Below, in pieces: positions 15,202 to 24,657 of a stretch of 25,200 nt of DNA. This DNA comes from a virus (Duplodnaviria > Caudoviricetes). Location of the stretch: the IMG/VR virus record IMGVR_UViG_3300037801_000077, positions 1-25,200 of that record; one strand, 5' to 3'. Position 1 is the first letter of the stretch; each line of letters opens with the position of its first letter. The notes beneath the pieces were generated by a model that saw nothing but the letters and a program-made list of their open reading frames with translations, made no database searches and was not told the origin of the DNA. The position numbers were made by a program, and so were the translations under genes.

Positions 15202-16794
15202 ATGGATAATAAAAAGAAAACTGTAGCGCATCGCTACGCTCAACTAGAGTCAGAGCGGCACACGTTCCTTGAGAGGGGGCGAGATGCTTCGGAGCTAACA
15301 CTCCCAACGCTTCTGCCACCGCAAGGGCATTCTAGTGCTACCGTTTACAAAACACCCTACCAATCCGTAGGGGCGCGTGGGGTCAACAACCTAGCTTCCA
15401 AGCTACTTATGACCCTTCTACCACCTAACTCACCTTTCTTTCGCCTGACGATTGATGACTTCGACATTGAAGAGTTAGCGGGACGTAAAGACGCTCGTGG
15501 TGCTGTCGAAGAGGCATTGGCACGGCTTGAGCGCACGGCACAGCAAGACATTGAAGCCTTGGCTGTTCGTGTCCCCATTCATGAAGCACTGAAACAACTA
15601 ATCGTTACTGGTAACGCCCTAGTCTATATGCCACAGGAAGGCGGCATGAAGGTGTATCGCCTTGACCGCTATGTTGTTAAGCGTGACACAATGGGTAACG
15701 TGATGGAAATCATCACTAAAGAAAGTGTGTCTCCACAAGTTCTGCCCAAGGCCGCACAGGATATAATCTACGGTGAGGGCAACAACTACAATAAGGAAGA
15801 CATAACCAACGCAAAAGACTGCGACCTCTACACACATGTCTGTCGCCGTGGTGACAAGTTTGACATACATCAAGAGGTAAAAGGTGTTGAGATACCTAAG
15901 ACCCGTGGCTCATACCCAGCAGAACGCCTACCATTTATACCACTACGGTTTACCCGCATTGACGGTGAAGACTATGGTCGTGGTTATGTAGAAGAATACA
16001 TTGGTGACCTCAGAAGCCTAGAGGCTCTGACCCGTGCAATCGTTGAGGGCGCGGCGGCATCAGCCAAGGTATTGTTCCTCGTGCGTCCTAACGGGACTAC
16101 GAAACAGCGTGTCCTGTCGCAAGCACCAAATGGTGGCATTGTGTCAGGTGACAGCAATGATGTTAGCACTTTACAGGTGCAGAAGCAGGGCGACTTCAGG
16201 GTAGCCCAAGAAACATCGTTGGAAATAGGTAAGCGACTTAGCTTTGCTTTCCTGCTTAACAACTCAGTACAACGTAAGGCAGAGCGTGTAACCGCTGAAG
16301 AAGTGCGTTTCATGGCGCAGGAGCTAGAGACTGCTCTTGGTGGTGTGTACAGCATTCTTTCTATGGAGTTCCAACGCCCCTTCGTAAACCTACTGCTGGC
16401 TCGTCTGGAGCAACAAGGCAAGATGCCTAAGATGCCAAAGGACACAGTCAAACCACAAATCGTAACAGGACTAGAGGCTCTTGGGCGCGGACAGGACTTG
16501 AGCAAGTTGGCTCAACTTCTGCAATATCTGCAACCTCTAGGACAAGATGTCATTTCTCAAGAACTAAACGTAGCCGATTACATAGACAGATTAGCGGCTT
16601 CCTTGGGAATTGATACTGGTGGACTAATCAAGTCCCCAGAACAACGGCAAGCTGAACAACAAGCCTCACAACAGGCCAATCAGCAAGCCATGATGCAAGA
16701 GGCCATGAAGAACATGGCTGAACGTGCCGCCCCTAATCTCGCTGAGAGAGGCATGGATTATTTAGAGGGGCAACAGCAAGAAATGGAAAACTAA
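15202..16794 (+). CDS. Head-tail connector (portal, gp8-like)
   Basis: PYQSVGARGVNNLASKL, GEDYGRGYVEEY, ERVTAEEVR, LGGVYS. Confidence 0.96.
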   Translation: MDNKKKTVAHRYAQLESERHTFLERGRDASELTLPTLLPPQGHSSATVYKTPYQSVGARGVNNLASKLLMTLLPPNSPFFRLTIDDFDIEELAGRKDARGAVEEALARLERTAQQDIEALAVRVPIHEALKQLIVTGNALVYMPQEGGMKVYRLDRYVVKRDTMGNVMEIITKESVSPQVLPKAAQDIIYGEGNNYNKEDITNAKDCDLYTHVCRRGDKFDIHQEVKGVEIPKTRGSYPAERLPFIPLRFTRIDGEDYGRGYVEEYIGDLRSLEALTRAIVEGAAASAKVLFLVRPNGTTKQRVLSQAPNGGIVSGDSNDVSTLQVQKQGDFRVAQETSLEIGKRLSFAFLLNNSVQRKAERVTAEEVRFMAQELETALGGVYSILSMEFQRPFVNLLLARLEQQGKMPKMPKDTVKPQIVTGLEALGRGQDLSKLAQLLQYLQPLGQDVISQELNVADYIDRLAASLGIDTGGLIKSPEQRQAEQQASQQANQQAMMQEAMKNMAERAAPNLAERGMDYLEGQQQEMEN

Positions 16795-16798
16795 TAAG

Positions 16799-17596
16799 AT
16801 GGCTGAGACAGAAACACTAAATACACATCAAGAACCCGCCCCTGAAACGCAAGAGTATGTCGATAGCATGGTTGCGAAAGGCGAGGCGGCACTTAATGCT
16901 GGTCAGGACGAACAACAAGAACAACGTCCCGACTGGCTTCCTGAGAAGTTCCAAGACCCTGCACAACTAGCACAAGCATATGCAGAGCTAGAAAAGCAGT
17001 TCAGTTCTCGTGATTCTCAGGAAGAACAAGAATACGAATTTGAAGAGGGTGATGACGAAGACTTTGAAAATGTAGAAGCCGCAGATGAATATCTGAAACA
17101 AAACGGCGTTGATTTTCAAGAACTGTCTGAAGCCTTCTGGGAAAACAACGGATTATCTGAAGAGCAGTATGACTTGCTGGAAGCAGTAGGTATTCCTTCA
17201 GATATCGTAGACCAATATATTGACGGTCAAATGGCTGTCGTTAACCAAACACAGGCGGCTGTCTTTGATGCCGCAGGTGGCGAGGAAAGCTATGCCCAAA
17301 TGATGAACTGGGCAAGTAATACGCTTTCTGAGCGCGAACAGGACGCTTATAACGCGGCAGTAAATAGCGGAGATACAGAATCCGTTCTGCTCGCGGTGCA
17401 AGGTCTTAATGCTCGTTTCCGTAGTGAATATGGCGATAACCCGACCCTCGTACAAGGTCAGGCCGCTGATGTCACGGCGGGTGCTTTTCAGTCGGTTGCA
17501 GAGATTACTGCGGCGATGTCAGACCCAAGGTACGAGAAAGACCCCGCTTATCGGGGTGCTGTTGAAGCCAAGCTTCAGCGGTCTTCGGTAATTTAA
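16799..17596 (+). CDS. Capsid scaffolding protein (gp9-like)
   Basis: Acidic; RPDWLPEKF, LAQAYAELEK, GGEESY..WA, AMSDPRYEKDPAYR. Confidence 0.92.
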   Translation: MAETETLNTHQEPAPETQEYVDSMVAKGEAALNAGQDEQQEQRPDWLPEKFQDPAQLAQAYAELEKQFSSRDSQEEQEYEFEEGDDEDFENVEAADEYLKQNGVDFQELSEAFWENNGLSEEQYDLLEAVGIPSDIVDQYIDGQMAVVNQTQAAVFDAAGGEESYAQMMNWASNTLSEREQDAYNAAVNSGDTESVLLAVQGLNARFRSEYGDNPTLVQGQAADVTAGAFQSVAEITAAMSDPRYEKDPAYRGAVEAKLQRSSVI

Positions 17597-17620
17597 GCTG
17601 TCTCCATTTCAAGTGTCAGT

Positions 17621-17647
17621 CGGTGGGGGGCTTCTTGCCCCCTGCCG
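17621..17647 (+). other. GC-rich stem-loop between scaffold and capsid genes
   Basis: CGGTGGGGGGC-TTCTT-GCCCCCTGCCG, 11 bp including two G-U pairs; no U tract. Confidence 0.6.
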
Positions 17648-17735
17648 CAACTTGTCTGAAGCCAAAGCAGAACCTTTGACCCCGTGCGCGGGACAATCCT
17701 TGGTGAAGTGAGTAGTGAATGCAGGAACACTTAAT

Positions 17736-17750
17736 CGTTACAATGTAACG
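17736..17750. promoter_or_regulatory. Palindromic operator-like site 6, CGTTACAATGTAACG
   Basis: 17732-17753 is the exact 22-bp reverse complement of 491-512. Confidence 0.8.
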
Positions 17751-17791
17751 AAACCTACATCAACACTAGAATATCATATGAGGTGATAAAA

Positions 17792-18901
17792 ATGGCAATG
17801 CAAGGTGCATCCAATCCAGCCTATGACGTATCCCGTCTAGGTCAAACAAACCTCTCAGGTGATGTCCGTTCTCTCTTCCTGAAATTATATGCAGGTGAGG
17901 TTCTGACTTCCTTTGAGGCCAAAAACATCATGATGCCTCTGATGCGTACTCGTACCATCAGCAAAGGCAAATCAGCTTCGTTCCCAATGTTGGGCCGTAC
18001 AACTGCTGAGTACCACACCCCTGGAAATGAAATCACGGGCGGTCAGGTACGCGCTTCTGAGCGTATCGTCACGATTGACGATTTGCTGATTAGCTCTCAG
18101 TTTATTGCCAGCATTGATGAAGCCATCAACCACTACGATGTACGTTCAACGTACTCGAAAGAAGCAGGTATCGCGTTGGCTACTGAGGCCGACAAGAACA
18201 TCCTGCGCCAAGCTCTGAAAGCTTCGCTGGCTACTAATGCCACTCGTGCGGCGGCTCTCGTTCAGGACTACACAGCGTTCTCCGAAGAAGACTTTACTGA
18301 TAACATTACTATCGGTGCGGCTTCTGGTGATGTGACTGACCCAGCTAAATTGGCTAAGTCAATCTTTGACGCTCGTAAAGAAATGGACAAGAAAAACGTA
18401 CCGCAAGAAGGTGCTTTCGTTGTCCTTGGCCCAGACCAGTACTACGCTCTGTTAGACGTAACTGATGGTAACAAGCTCGTATACATGAACCGCGACTTCG
18501 GTGGCACAGGCTCTGTAGCCTCTGCTGTTGTACCGCAAATCGCTGGTATGCCTGTATACATGAGCAACAATCTTGTTGTGTCTGACCTTGTCGAAACCTC
18601 TGGTGGTTCTAAAGGTCAATCTAAAGGTAATCGTCCGCTTGCCAACACTGCTGGTTCAGGCCGCACGACTGCTTACGACATCACCAACACTACGACTGAC
18701 GGTGTCAACCTCGTTGACATTGCCGCTAAAGTCAAAGGTCTGGTAATGACTAAAGATGCCGTAGCAACCGTGAAGCTTCTCGACCTTGGTGTTGAAAGCG
18801 AATACCAAATCAATCGTCAGGGAACTCTGATGGTTGCTAAGTATGCAATGGGACATAATATCCTACGTCCTGCTTGCTCTATTGCACTCCTGAGTGTATA
18901 A
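17792..18901 (+). CDS. Major capsid protein (gp10-like)
   Basis: ATG 17792 after GAGGTG; LFLKLYAGEV, GKSASFP..GR, ITIDDLL-like VTIDDLL, YAMGHNILRP. Confidence 0.96.
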   Translation: MAMQGASNPAYDVSRLGQTNLSGDVRSLFLKLYAGEVLTSFEAKNIMMPLMRTRTISKGKSASFPMLGRTTAEYHTPGNEITGGQVRASERIVTIDDLLISSQFIASIDEAINHYDVRSTYSKEAGIALATEADKNILRQALKASLATNATRAAALVQDYTAFSEEDFTDNITIGAASGDVTDPAKLAKSIFDARKEMDKKNVPQEGAFVVLGPDQYYALLDVTDGNKLVYMNRDFGGTGSVASAVVPQIAGMPVYMSNNLVVSDLVETSGGSKGQSKGNRPLANTAGSGRTTAYDITNTTTDGVNLVDIAAKVKGLVMTKDAVATVKLLDLGVESEYQINRQGTLMVAKYAMGHNILRPACSIALLSV

Positions 18902-18925
18902 TTAGGATGAATGGTTAACTCCGTT

Positions 18926-18940
18926 CGTTACAGTGTCGGG
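18926..18940. promoter_or_regulatory. Degenerate operator-like site CGTTACAGTGTCGGG
   Basis: First 11 nt match site 5; the right half is replaced by the terminator stem. Confidence 0.4.
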
Positions 18941-18973
18941 GGATGCTCTCTTTGAGGGTGTCCCCCTTTTTTT
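18938..18973 (+). terminator. Terminator after the major capsid gene (T-phi position)
   Basis: GGGGGATGCTCTC-TTT-GAGGGTGTCCCCC followed by seven T. Confidence 0.9.
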
Positions 18974-18987
18974 CATTTGAGAATCTA

Positions 18988-19359
18988 ATGTCTACAGCCA
19001 CGAAGCGCGACCCTGAAAAATGGGCGAGGGCAAAGGCTCGTGCAAGGGCAAGAATGGGTGGAAAGCACTCTGCCCGTGCGATGCAACTTGCCGTGAAATA
19101 CTACAAGGATGCAGGGGGGACTTACTCTGGCCCGAAGAAATCCACTAACAAATTACGGCGATGGTCGAAACAAGGGTGGACGTATGCAGGAAAGCGCGGT
19201 GCGTCCCGCTACTTACCAAAGAAAGCGATTGCAAGTCTTTCACCATCCGAAAGGGCGGCAACGAATAGAAAGAAGCGAGAAGACACTGCCGCTGGAAAAC
19301 AATACTCAAGTCAACCCAGAGCTATTGCTCAAAAAACAAGAAGATATAGGACAGCGTGA
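18988..19359 (+). CDS. Highly basic hypothetical protein (123 aa)
   Basis: ATG 18988 (MSTATKRDPEKW); Lys/Arg-rich; SARAMQLAVKYYKDAGGTY and RYLPKKA motifs. Confidence 0.8.
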   Translation: MSTATKRDPEKWARAKARARARMGGKHSARAMQLAVKYYKDAGGTYSGPKKSTNKLRRWSKQGWTYAGKRGASRYLPKKAIASLSPSERAATNRKKREDTAAGKQYSSQPRAIAQKTRRYRTA

Positions 19360-19484
19360 TGCCAGACCTAGACGGAAAAACATACGCATACAACAAAGAA
19401 GGTATGCGGAAATACAAGCAAGACAAAAAGAAGAAAATGGCTAGTAATCGCCGCTATCTAAAAAGGAATAATAACTATGCATGA
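19359..19484 (+). CDS. Small basic protein (41 aa), not in the ORF track
   Basis: MPDLDGKTYAYNKEGMRKYKQDKKKKMASNRRYLKRNNNYA; TGATG coupling, AGGA RBS, overlaps the next start. Confidence 0.7.
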   Translation: MPDLDGKTYAYNKEGMRKYKQDKKKKMASNRRYLKRNNNYA

Positions 19485-20124
19485 GAAAGGCCACAAAGGC
19501 CCGTTTAGCAAGGTGGGTAGTAGTCAACGACTGCGAAACCAAGCCACCCGCGCACGAGGCAACCAGATTGGTAAAACGCTGAAGCGGAATGACCAGTTCA
19601 AACAATACTACGGACGCGACCCCAAGTCAGGGGCGGTGTTTCTGATTTCACATAGGAAGGGGCAACCCGCGAGATACAAGCGTGTAAACATGCGGAAACA
19701 AGGGCCATCTATAAACCCACAGAAAGGGCAACGAACAGGCCGTGACTTTACCATCGCAAAAAGAGGTAGTCCTACTGATGAACGCCGTGGACGAGTAGTC
19801 CTCGCAGGGCCAAAGGTAAACCCAAACAGAAAGCCAGAGAAAAAGGCAGAAGCACCAAAGGCAGACACACCAAGGCCCAAGGCTCGTCCAGCCACTTCTC
19901 CCAACGCATCTGGTAAATCAGGTCGCTCCTCTTTCCAAAAAGCTTATGCAAAAGCACGGGCGGCTTACAAAAAAGGTGGCGCGGCAACTTTCAAGTTCAA
20001 TGGCAAACCCTACACCGTTGCTACAAAAGAAGAGCTTAAAAAGGCTGGTGGCAAGTACGGCAAGAAACTTCAGGCTATGCTCAAGAAGAACCAGAAGAAA
20101 AAGCCTGAGTCGGTTGCTACATGA
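19477..20124 (+). CDS. Highly basic hypothetical protein (215 aa)
   Basis: AAGGA RBS; Lys/Arg-rich; SFQKAYAKARA..TFKFNGKPYT module; ATGA coupling to the next gene. Confidence 0.8.
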   Translation: MHEKGHKGPFSKVGSSQRLRNQATRARGNQIGKTLKRNDQFKQYYGRDPKSGAVFLISHRKGQPARYKRVNMRKQGPSINPQKGQRTGRDFTIAKRGSPTDERRGRVVLAGPKVNPNRKPEKKAEAPKADTPRPKARPATSPNASGKSGRSSFQKAYAKARAAYKKGGAATFKFNGKPYTVATKEELKKAGGKYGKKLQAMLKKNQKKKPESVAT

Positions 20125-20450
20125 GTACACCTGCATGGCAACGCAAAGCAGGGAAGAACCCAAAGGGCGGTCTGAACGCCAAGGGCAGAGCATCATACAA
20201 AGCTCAAACAGGCGGGACACTGAAAGCTCCCGTAAAAGGCGCACCGAAAACTCCAGAACAAATAAAGCGGAAGGGAAGCTTCCTAGTAAGGATGGGGAGC
20301 GCAAAAGGGCCACTGATGAAGAACGGGAAGAAGACCCGTTTGAAGCTCAGTTTAGAGGCATGGGGTCACTTTGGTGACAAAGCCTCTGCTGTAGCAAAAG
20401 GCCGTAGGCTTCTCGCCCGTTACCAAAACCTAAAAAAGAAAAAGGCTTAG
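20121..20450 (+). CDS. Highly basic hypothetical protein (109 aa)
   Basis: PAWQRKAGKNPKGGLNAKGRASY..RKGSFLVRM; ends 3 nt before the tail tube A gene. Confidence 0.8.
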   Translation: MSTPAWQRKAGKNPKGGLNAKGRASYKAQTGGTLKAPVKGAPKTPEQIKRKGSFLVRMGSAKGPLMKNGKKTRLKLSLEAWGHFGDKASAVAKGRRLLARYQNLKKKKA

Positions 20451-20453
20451 ACA

Positions 20454-21050
20454 ATGGCTAACGCAACAACCACGGAGCTAGAAGCTGTAAACATCATGCT
20501 CTCGTCTATTGGCGAAGCACCTGTGAACTCTTTGAGTTCTGGGTTGGTGGATGCAGAGCTTGCTCAAACTACGCTTCATAATGTGAGCCGCGAGGTACAG
20601 GCGGCAGGATGGAGTTTCAACACAGAATACAACAGGTCATATGCTTTAGATGGCGCAGGAGAGTTGTTGCTTGGTAATGATGTACTGAAGGCTGACATGT
20701 GTGCAACACGCACAGAGAGCTTTGACTTGGTTCAGCGTGGCACAAAGATGTACAACAGAGCCGAAGGTACATACGTTCTTACAGACGGCCCAATCAAACT
20801 AGATATCGTTGTCTTTCTGGATTACACGCTTCTTCCTGAAGCCGCCCGTAGGTACATCACCATCCGCGCCGCCCGTATATTCCAAGACAGAACTATTGGC
20901 TCACAAGAGCTTCATGGTTACCAACTCAGAGATGAGCAAATGGCTTTGACTGAGTTGCGAGACTCCGATGCTGAAAATGCTGACCACTCAATCTTTGACA
21001 ACTACAGTGTCGGCTCAGTCATAGATAGGCTGGGCGGAAAGGTTATCTAA
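20454..21050 (+). CDS. Tail tubular protein A (gp11-like)
   Basis: TELEAVNIMLSSIGEAPV, GWSFNTE, LPEAARRYITIRAARIF. Confidence 0.94.
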   Translation: MANATTTELEAVNIMLSSIGEAPVNSLSSGLVDAELAQTTLHNVSREVQAAGWSFNTEYNRSYALDGAGELLLGNDVLKADMCATRTESFDLVQRGTKMYNRAEGTYVLTDGPIKLDIVVFLDYTLLPEAARRYITIRAARIFQDRTIGSQELHGYQLRDEQMALTELRDSDAENADHSIFDNYSVGSVIDRLGGKVI

Positions 21051-23627
21051 ATGCCGCTCATATCTTCGGCTCTGCCAAACCTCATCAATGGGGTTTCGCA
21101 ACAGCCGCCTGCTCTGCGCTTACCATCTCAAGGTGAGGTTCAAGAAAACGGATTATCAAGTGTCGTTGACGGCCTCACCAAAAGGCCAGCGACCCGACAC
21201 ATCGCTACTCTCCCTAATATACCCGCGTCTATCTCTTCAGCTTTTCTGCACACGATTAGGCGTGGAGATAACTTAGAGTTCTACAGCTTGGTCATAACGA
21301 GTGGTGCTATCTTCGTTTATGACGAGGTAGGCGTACAACAAACTGTTAACCCAACAACGGGCGCACTGAACTACTTGTCGGGGCTTTCAGACCCAGCCAG
21401 CCAAGTAACAGCAACAACGATTGCTGACTTCACCTTCATCGTTAATAAAAACAAGACTGTTGCTAAAAGCACCACTACCTACCCAGCACGTAATCCTGAA
21501 GCTTTGGTGTATATCAAACAAGCCGATTACAGTTCAGAGTACGAGCTTTCGATAACTAAGGGTGGTGTCAAAAGAACTCAAAAGCTGACTACAAAATCAA
21601 GTTCACAGGCTGATACAGCCGCCACTCAAACGGCGGAACAGAGCATTCAGACTGACCGTATCGCAAACAGCCTTCGGCACAACGCTACGCCCTCTACAGG
21701 CTTTTTTGATAATATACAAAATGCAGTGGCATTTAGCGGATTGACCTTTAGTGTTTTTGGCAACGTCATATATATCCAAGGCAACTCAGCCTCAGATGAC
21801 TTTGAGGTTTCAGTTAAGGACTCCAACGGTAACCAAGACATCTTTGCTTACAAAGGTCAGACAGGCGATTTTAAGAAACTGCCGCCTGATGGCCCAACAG
21901 GTTTTGTCATACAGGTGATTGGCGACAACGCGAAAAACCAAGACGATTACTACGTCCAACTTTCTGAAGGAACAAACGGCACAAAGTTCTACAAAGAGTG
22001 TGCCAAGCCAGACTCAGAAAAAGACTTTGATAATACGACCATGCCCCATGTGCTTATACGGGAGGCTAACGGAACATTTACCTTTAAGCCAAACACATGG
22101 GATGAGCGCAAGGTAGGGGATGAAGATACAAACCCCTTCCCAAGTTTCATTGGTTACAAAATCAATGACATCTTCTTTCACCGCAACAGGCTGGGCTTTT
22201 TGTCAGATGAGAATGTCATCTTCAGCCAGTCGGCGGAGTACTACAACTTCTTCAATACAACCACACTCACCTTTGTGGAGAGTAACCCGATTGATGTTGC
22301 GGTATCAAACAACCAGATATCAATACTGAAGCAGGCAGTACCATTCTCAGAATCCCTTCTGCTGTTTTCTGACCTCAACCAGTTCCGTTTGTCGGCTGGC
22401 GAAATACTTGCGGCAGATACTGTGGCGGTGGATGTGACCACGCAGTTTGAGGCAGACCTTTTGTCTAAGCCTGTAGGGGCTGGCAAATACGTTTACTTTG
22501 CTACCAAACGGGGTGACTTCGCAGGAGTGCGCGAGTATTACGTTGAGACAGATACAGAAACTAATGATGCCGCAGATGTCTCAGCACACGTTCCAACTTA
22601 TATCCAAGGCCAGATTAGAAAGCTTGCCGCTTCATCAAACGAAGACTTGCTTCTCATGCTGACGGATGGCGAGAAGGATGTTGTGTATGTGTACAAGTGG
22701 TACTTCAACAAAAATGAAAAGCTCCAGTCATCTTGGTCAAAGTTCAAGATAGGTGAAGTGTTCAAAGCAAAAGAGCCTAGTGCAACCGTGGAAATTCTAC
22801 AGGCAGAGTTTGACGGGTCAGAGATTGTGCTACTTGTGAAATACACATATCCTGAAGGAACATTTGCCAGCGGAGGCGGTGGAGTATTCCAAACCACAAA
22901 AACAGAAGTAACCCTTGAGCGTCTACAGCTTTCTCGTGATGTTACCGAAGACCAAACTGATGACAAAATACCCGTGTTACTCGACAGACGTTTCGAGGTC
23001 GGGTCTGGTGGTTCTTACACATCAGGACACAATGTGCCTTACTATTACTTAGATGATGCAGGGTCACGACAAAGTTTCAACGTGGCCTACGATGGCGTAG
23101 CCCCAAGATTTCCTCAAGTACACCAATATAGTAATGCGGTTATACCCACAGGTGTTGATGCTCACATAGATGACTTCCTGACCTTTGTGTCACAGGATGG
23201 CTCAGAGATACCCGCAAAGAATGTCCCGCAGGCAATTACAGATGGTAAGAGAGTTTGGGGTGGACTGAAGTACACCTTCAAGTACCAGTTCTCAGAGCAG
23301 GTCATAAAGAACAACAACGTGGCTATAACCACAGGACGAATGCAGATACGCAACTTCCACATCGTTTTCTCTGACACTTCGTTCTTCAAGGTCAAGATTA
23401 GACCTGATAACCGCAACGAAACCATCAAGACATTTACTGGTCGCATATTGGGGTCTGAGCAAAACAAGCTGGGTGTTACACCTATCGCCACAGGCTCTTT
23501 CAAAGTTCCTGTGCTGGCTGAGTCCTCAAAGGTAACAATCACCATTGAGTCTGACAGTCACCTACCATGTGCGTTCCAGTCGGCAGAATACGAAGCTATG
23601 TACAAGGACAGAACCCGTAGGCTTTGA
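21051..23627 (+). CDS. Tail tubular protein B (gp12-like)
   Basis: NLINGVSQQP, GLTKRP, TMPHVL, NPFPSF, FFHRNRLGFLS, QSSWSKF. Confidence 0.94.
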   Translation: MPLISSALPNLINGVSQQPPALRLPSQGEVQENGLSSVVDGLTKRPATRHIATLPNIPASISSAFLHTIRRGDNLEFYSLVITSGAIFVYDEVGVQQTVNPTTGALNYLSGLSDPASQVTATTIADFTFIVNKNKTVAKSTTTYPARNPEALVYIKQADYSSEYELSITKGGVKRTQKLTTKSSSQADTAATQTAEQSIQTDRIANSLRHNATPSTGFFDNIQNAVAFSGLTFSVFGNVIYIQGNSASDDFEVSVKDSNGNQDIFAYKGQTGDFKKLPPDGPTGFVIQVIGDNAKNQDDYYVQLSEGTNGTKFYKECAKPDSEKDFDNTTMPHVLIREANGTFTFKPNTWDERKVGDEDTNPFPSFIGYKINDIFFHRNRLGFLSDENVIFSQSAEYYNFFNTTTLTFVESNPIDVAVSNNQISILKQAVPFSESLLLFSDLNQFRLSAGEILAADTVAVDVTTQFEADLLSKPVGAGKYVYFATKRGDFAGVREYYVETDTETNDAADVSAHVPTYIQGQIRKLAASSNEDLLLMLTDGEKDVVYVYKWYFNKNEKLQSSWSKFKIGEVFKAKEPSATVEILQAEFDGSEIVLLVKYTYPEGTFASGGGGVFQTTKTEVTLERLQLSRDVTEDQTDDKIPVLLDRRFEVGSGGSYTSGHNVPYYYLDDAGSRQSFNVAYDGVAPRFPQVHQYSNAVIPTGVDAHIDDFLTFVSQDGSEIPAKNVPQAITDGKRVWGGLKYTFKYQFSEQVIKNNNVAITTGRMQIRNFHIVFSDTSFFKVKIRPDNRNETIKTFTGRILGSEQNKLGVTPIATGSFKVPVLAESSKVTITIESDSHLPCAFQSAEYEAMYKDRTRRL

Positions 23628-24097
23628 TGGCATACTATAGACCTTCAGTTTACGAGGATTGCAAAGTCCTTGCCCCACGACTACGCGATGTTGACTTGAG
23701 AGAAGTTCAAGCGTCCAGCGGCTCTAATGGTTTCCAATCATTAGCGTATTCGTATTGGGCTTCTTACGAGTGCAACACTATTATCAGCGACAAAGAGGAC
23801 ATTATCGGTATGTTTGGTGTCGCAAAGGCTACAGATACCAATGGTTTCCCTTGGCTTCTGATGTCCGATGGTATTTACGAAAAAGGTTTTGCACGGCAGT
23901 TCATCCCGCAAGCGCAAGAATGGGTTGACCGTATGCAAGAAGAAACACCCATTCTAAACAACTGGGTGTCAGAAGATAATCGCGTAGCAATACGCTGGCT
24001 CAAGTCTTTGGGCTTTATGTTCATTAACAAGATTGAGGAATTTGGTGTCGGTAAAAAACCGTTCTACGAATTTGTAAGGATTAATAATAATGTGTGA
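23624..24097 (+). CDS. Internal virion protein A / GNAT-like protein (gp13 position)
   Basis: LRDVDLREV, GMFGV, PWLL, LNNWVSEDNRVAIRWLKSLGF (GNAT-like C-terminal motif). Start may be 23627. Confidence 0.75.
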   Translation: MMAYYRPSVYEDCKVLAPRLRDVDLREVQASSGSNGFQSLAYSYWASYECNTIISDKEDIIGMFGVAKATDTNGFPWLLMSDGIYEKGFARQFIPQAQEWVDRMQEETPILNNWVSEDNRVAIRWLKSLGFMFINKIEEFGVGKKPFYEFVRINNNV

Positions 24098-24656
24098 CCC
24101 AGTAACTGGCATGTATATTATAGGTGGCCTCCAAGCGGCCTCTGGTTATGCCGCTTATCAAGAAGGCAAGTTCAATGCTGAACAGCAGGAAGCGGCATTC
24201 AAGAGAAACCGTGAGGAAGCTATTTCATCAACTATGCGGGAAGCTCGCGCACTTGCGATGCAAAGAGAGCAAGTTCGGGGTCAGTCATTTGATAAGAAGA
24301 GAGAGGCTAGACTAGAAACCCTTCGAGCAAAAGGACGGGCGCAGGCTAGTGAAAGTGGCGTAGTTCAAAACGCCAACGTGCTTGACCGTGAGATTACGCG
24401 CCAAGGTCTGAGGAATGCAGACTCAATAGCAAGAAACCTAGAGGCTAGAGAAGCCCAGCTTGACCTTGAACGCGCTGGACTAACGTCCCGAATGAACACC
24501 CGTATTAACTCAGTAGCCCGTGGTGTCAAACCAAGCGCAACGGCGGCTCTCATTTCAACAGGAGCGCAGGTTGCAGGAACAGCCGCAAACTTCGGTGCTT
24601 TTGATGCTGATGGGCCTTTCAGTAAACCGAAGACAACAAAAACAAACAAAGATTAA
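24090..24656 (+). CDS. Internal virion (ejection) protein B (gp14-like)
   Basis: MCDP start, hydrophobic N-terminus, helical Ala/Gln/Arg body, ASESGV motif, synteny. Confidence 0.75.
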   Translation: MCDPVTGMYIIGGLQAASGYAAYQEGKFNAEQQEAAFKRNREEAISSTMREARALAMQREQVRGQSFDKKREARLETLRAKGRAQASESGVVQNANVLDREITRQGLRNADSIARNLEAREAQLDLERAGLTSRMNTRINSVARGVKPSATAALISTGAQVAGTAANFGAFDADGPFSKPKTTKTNKD

Positions 24657-24657
24657 C

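Noticed and set aside
18851-18860. GGACATAATA promoter-like match at the capsid 3' end
   Set aside because: Encodes the conserved GHNI motif and lies just before a terminator.
18860-18940. T7 10A/10B-type capsid frameshift
   Set aside because: No obvious slippery sequence, and nearby stops plus the terminator leave no long extension.
19109-20377. Alternative-frame ORFs 19109..19444, 19946..20377 and antisense ORFs in the basic cassette
   Set aside because: Fully overlap a neatly coupled four-gene chain; purine-rich bias explains the open frames.
23797-23808. GGACATTATCGG, a 12-nt match to the 14405 promoter-like motif
   Set aside because: Inside a coding region, lacks the upstream T and has no operator nearby. 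It could be an internal promoter but cannot be separated from chance.
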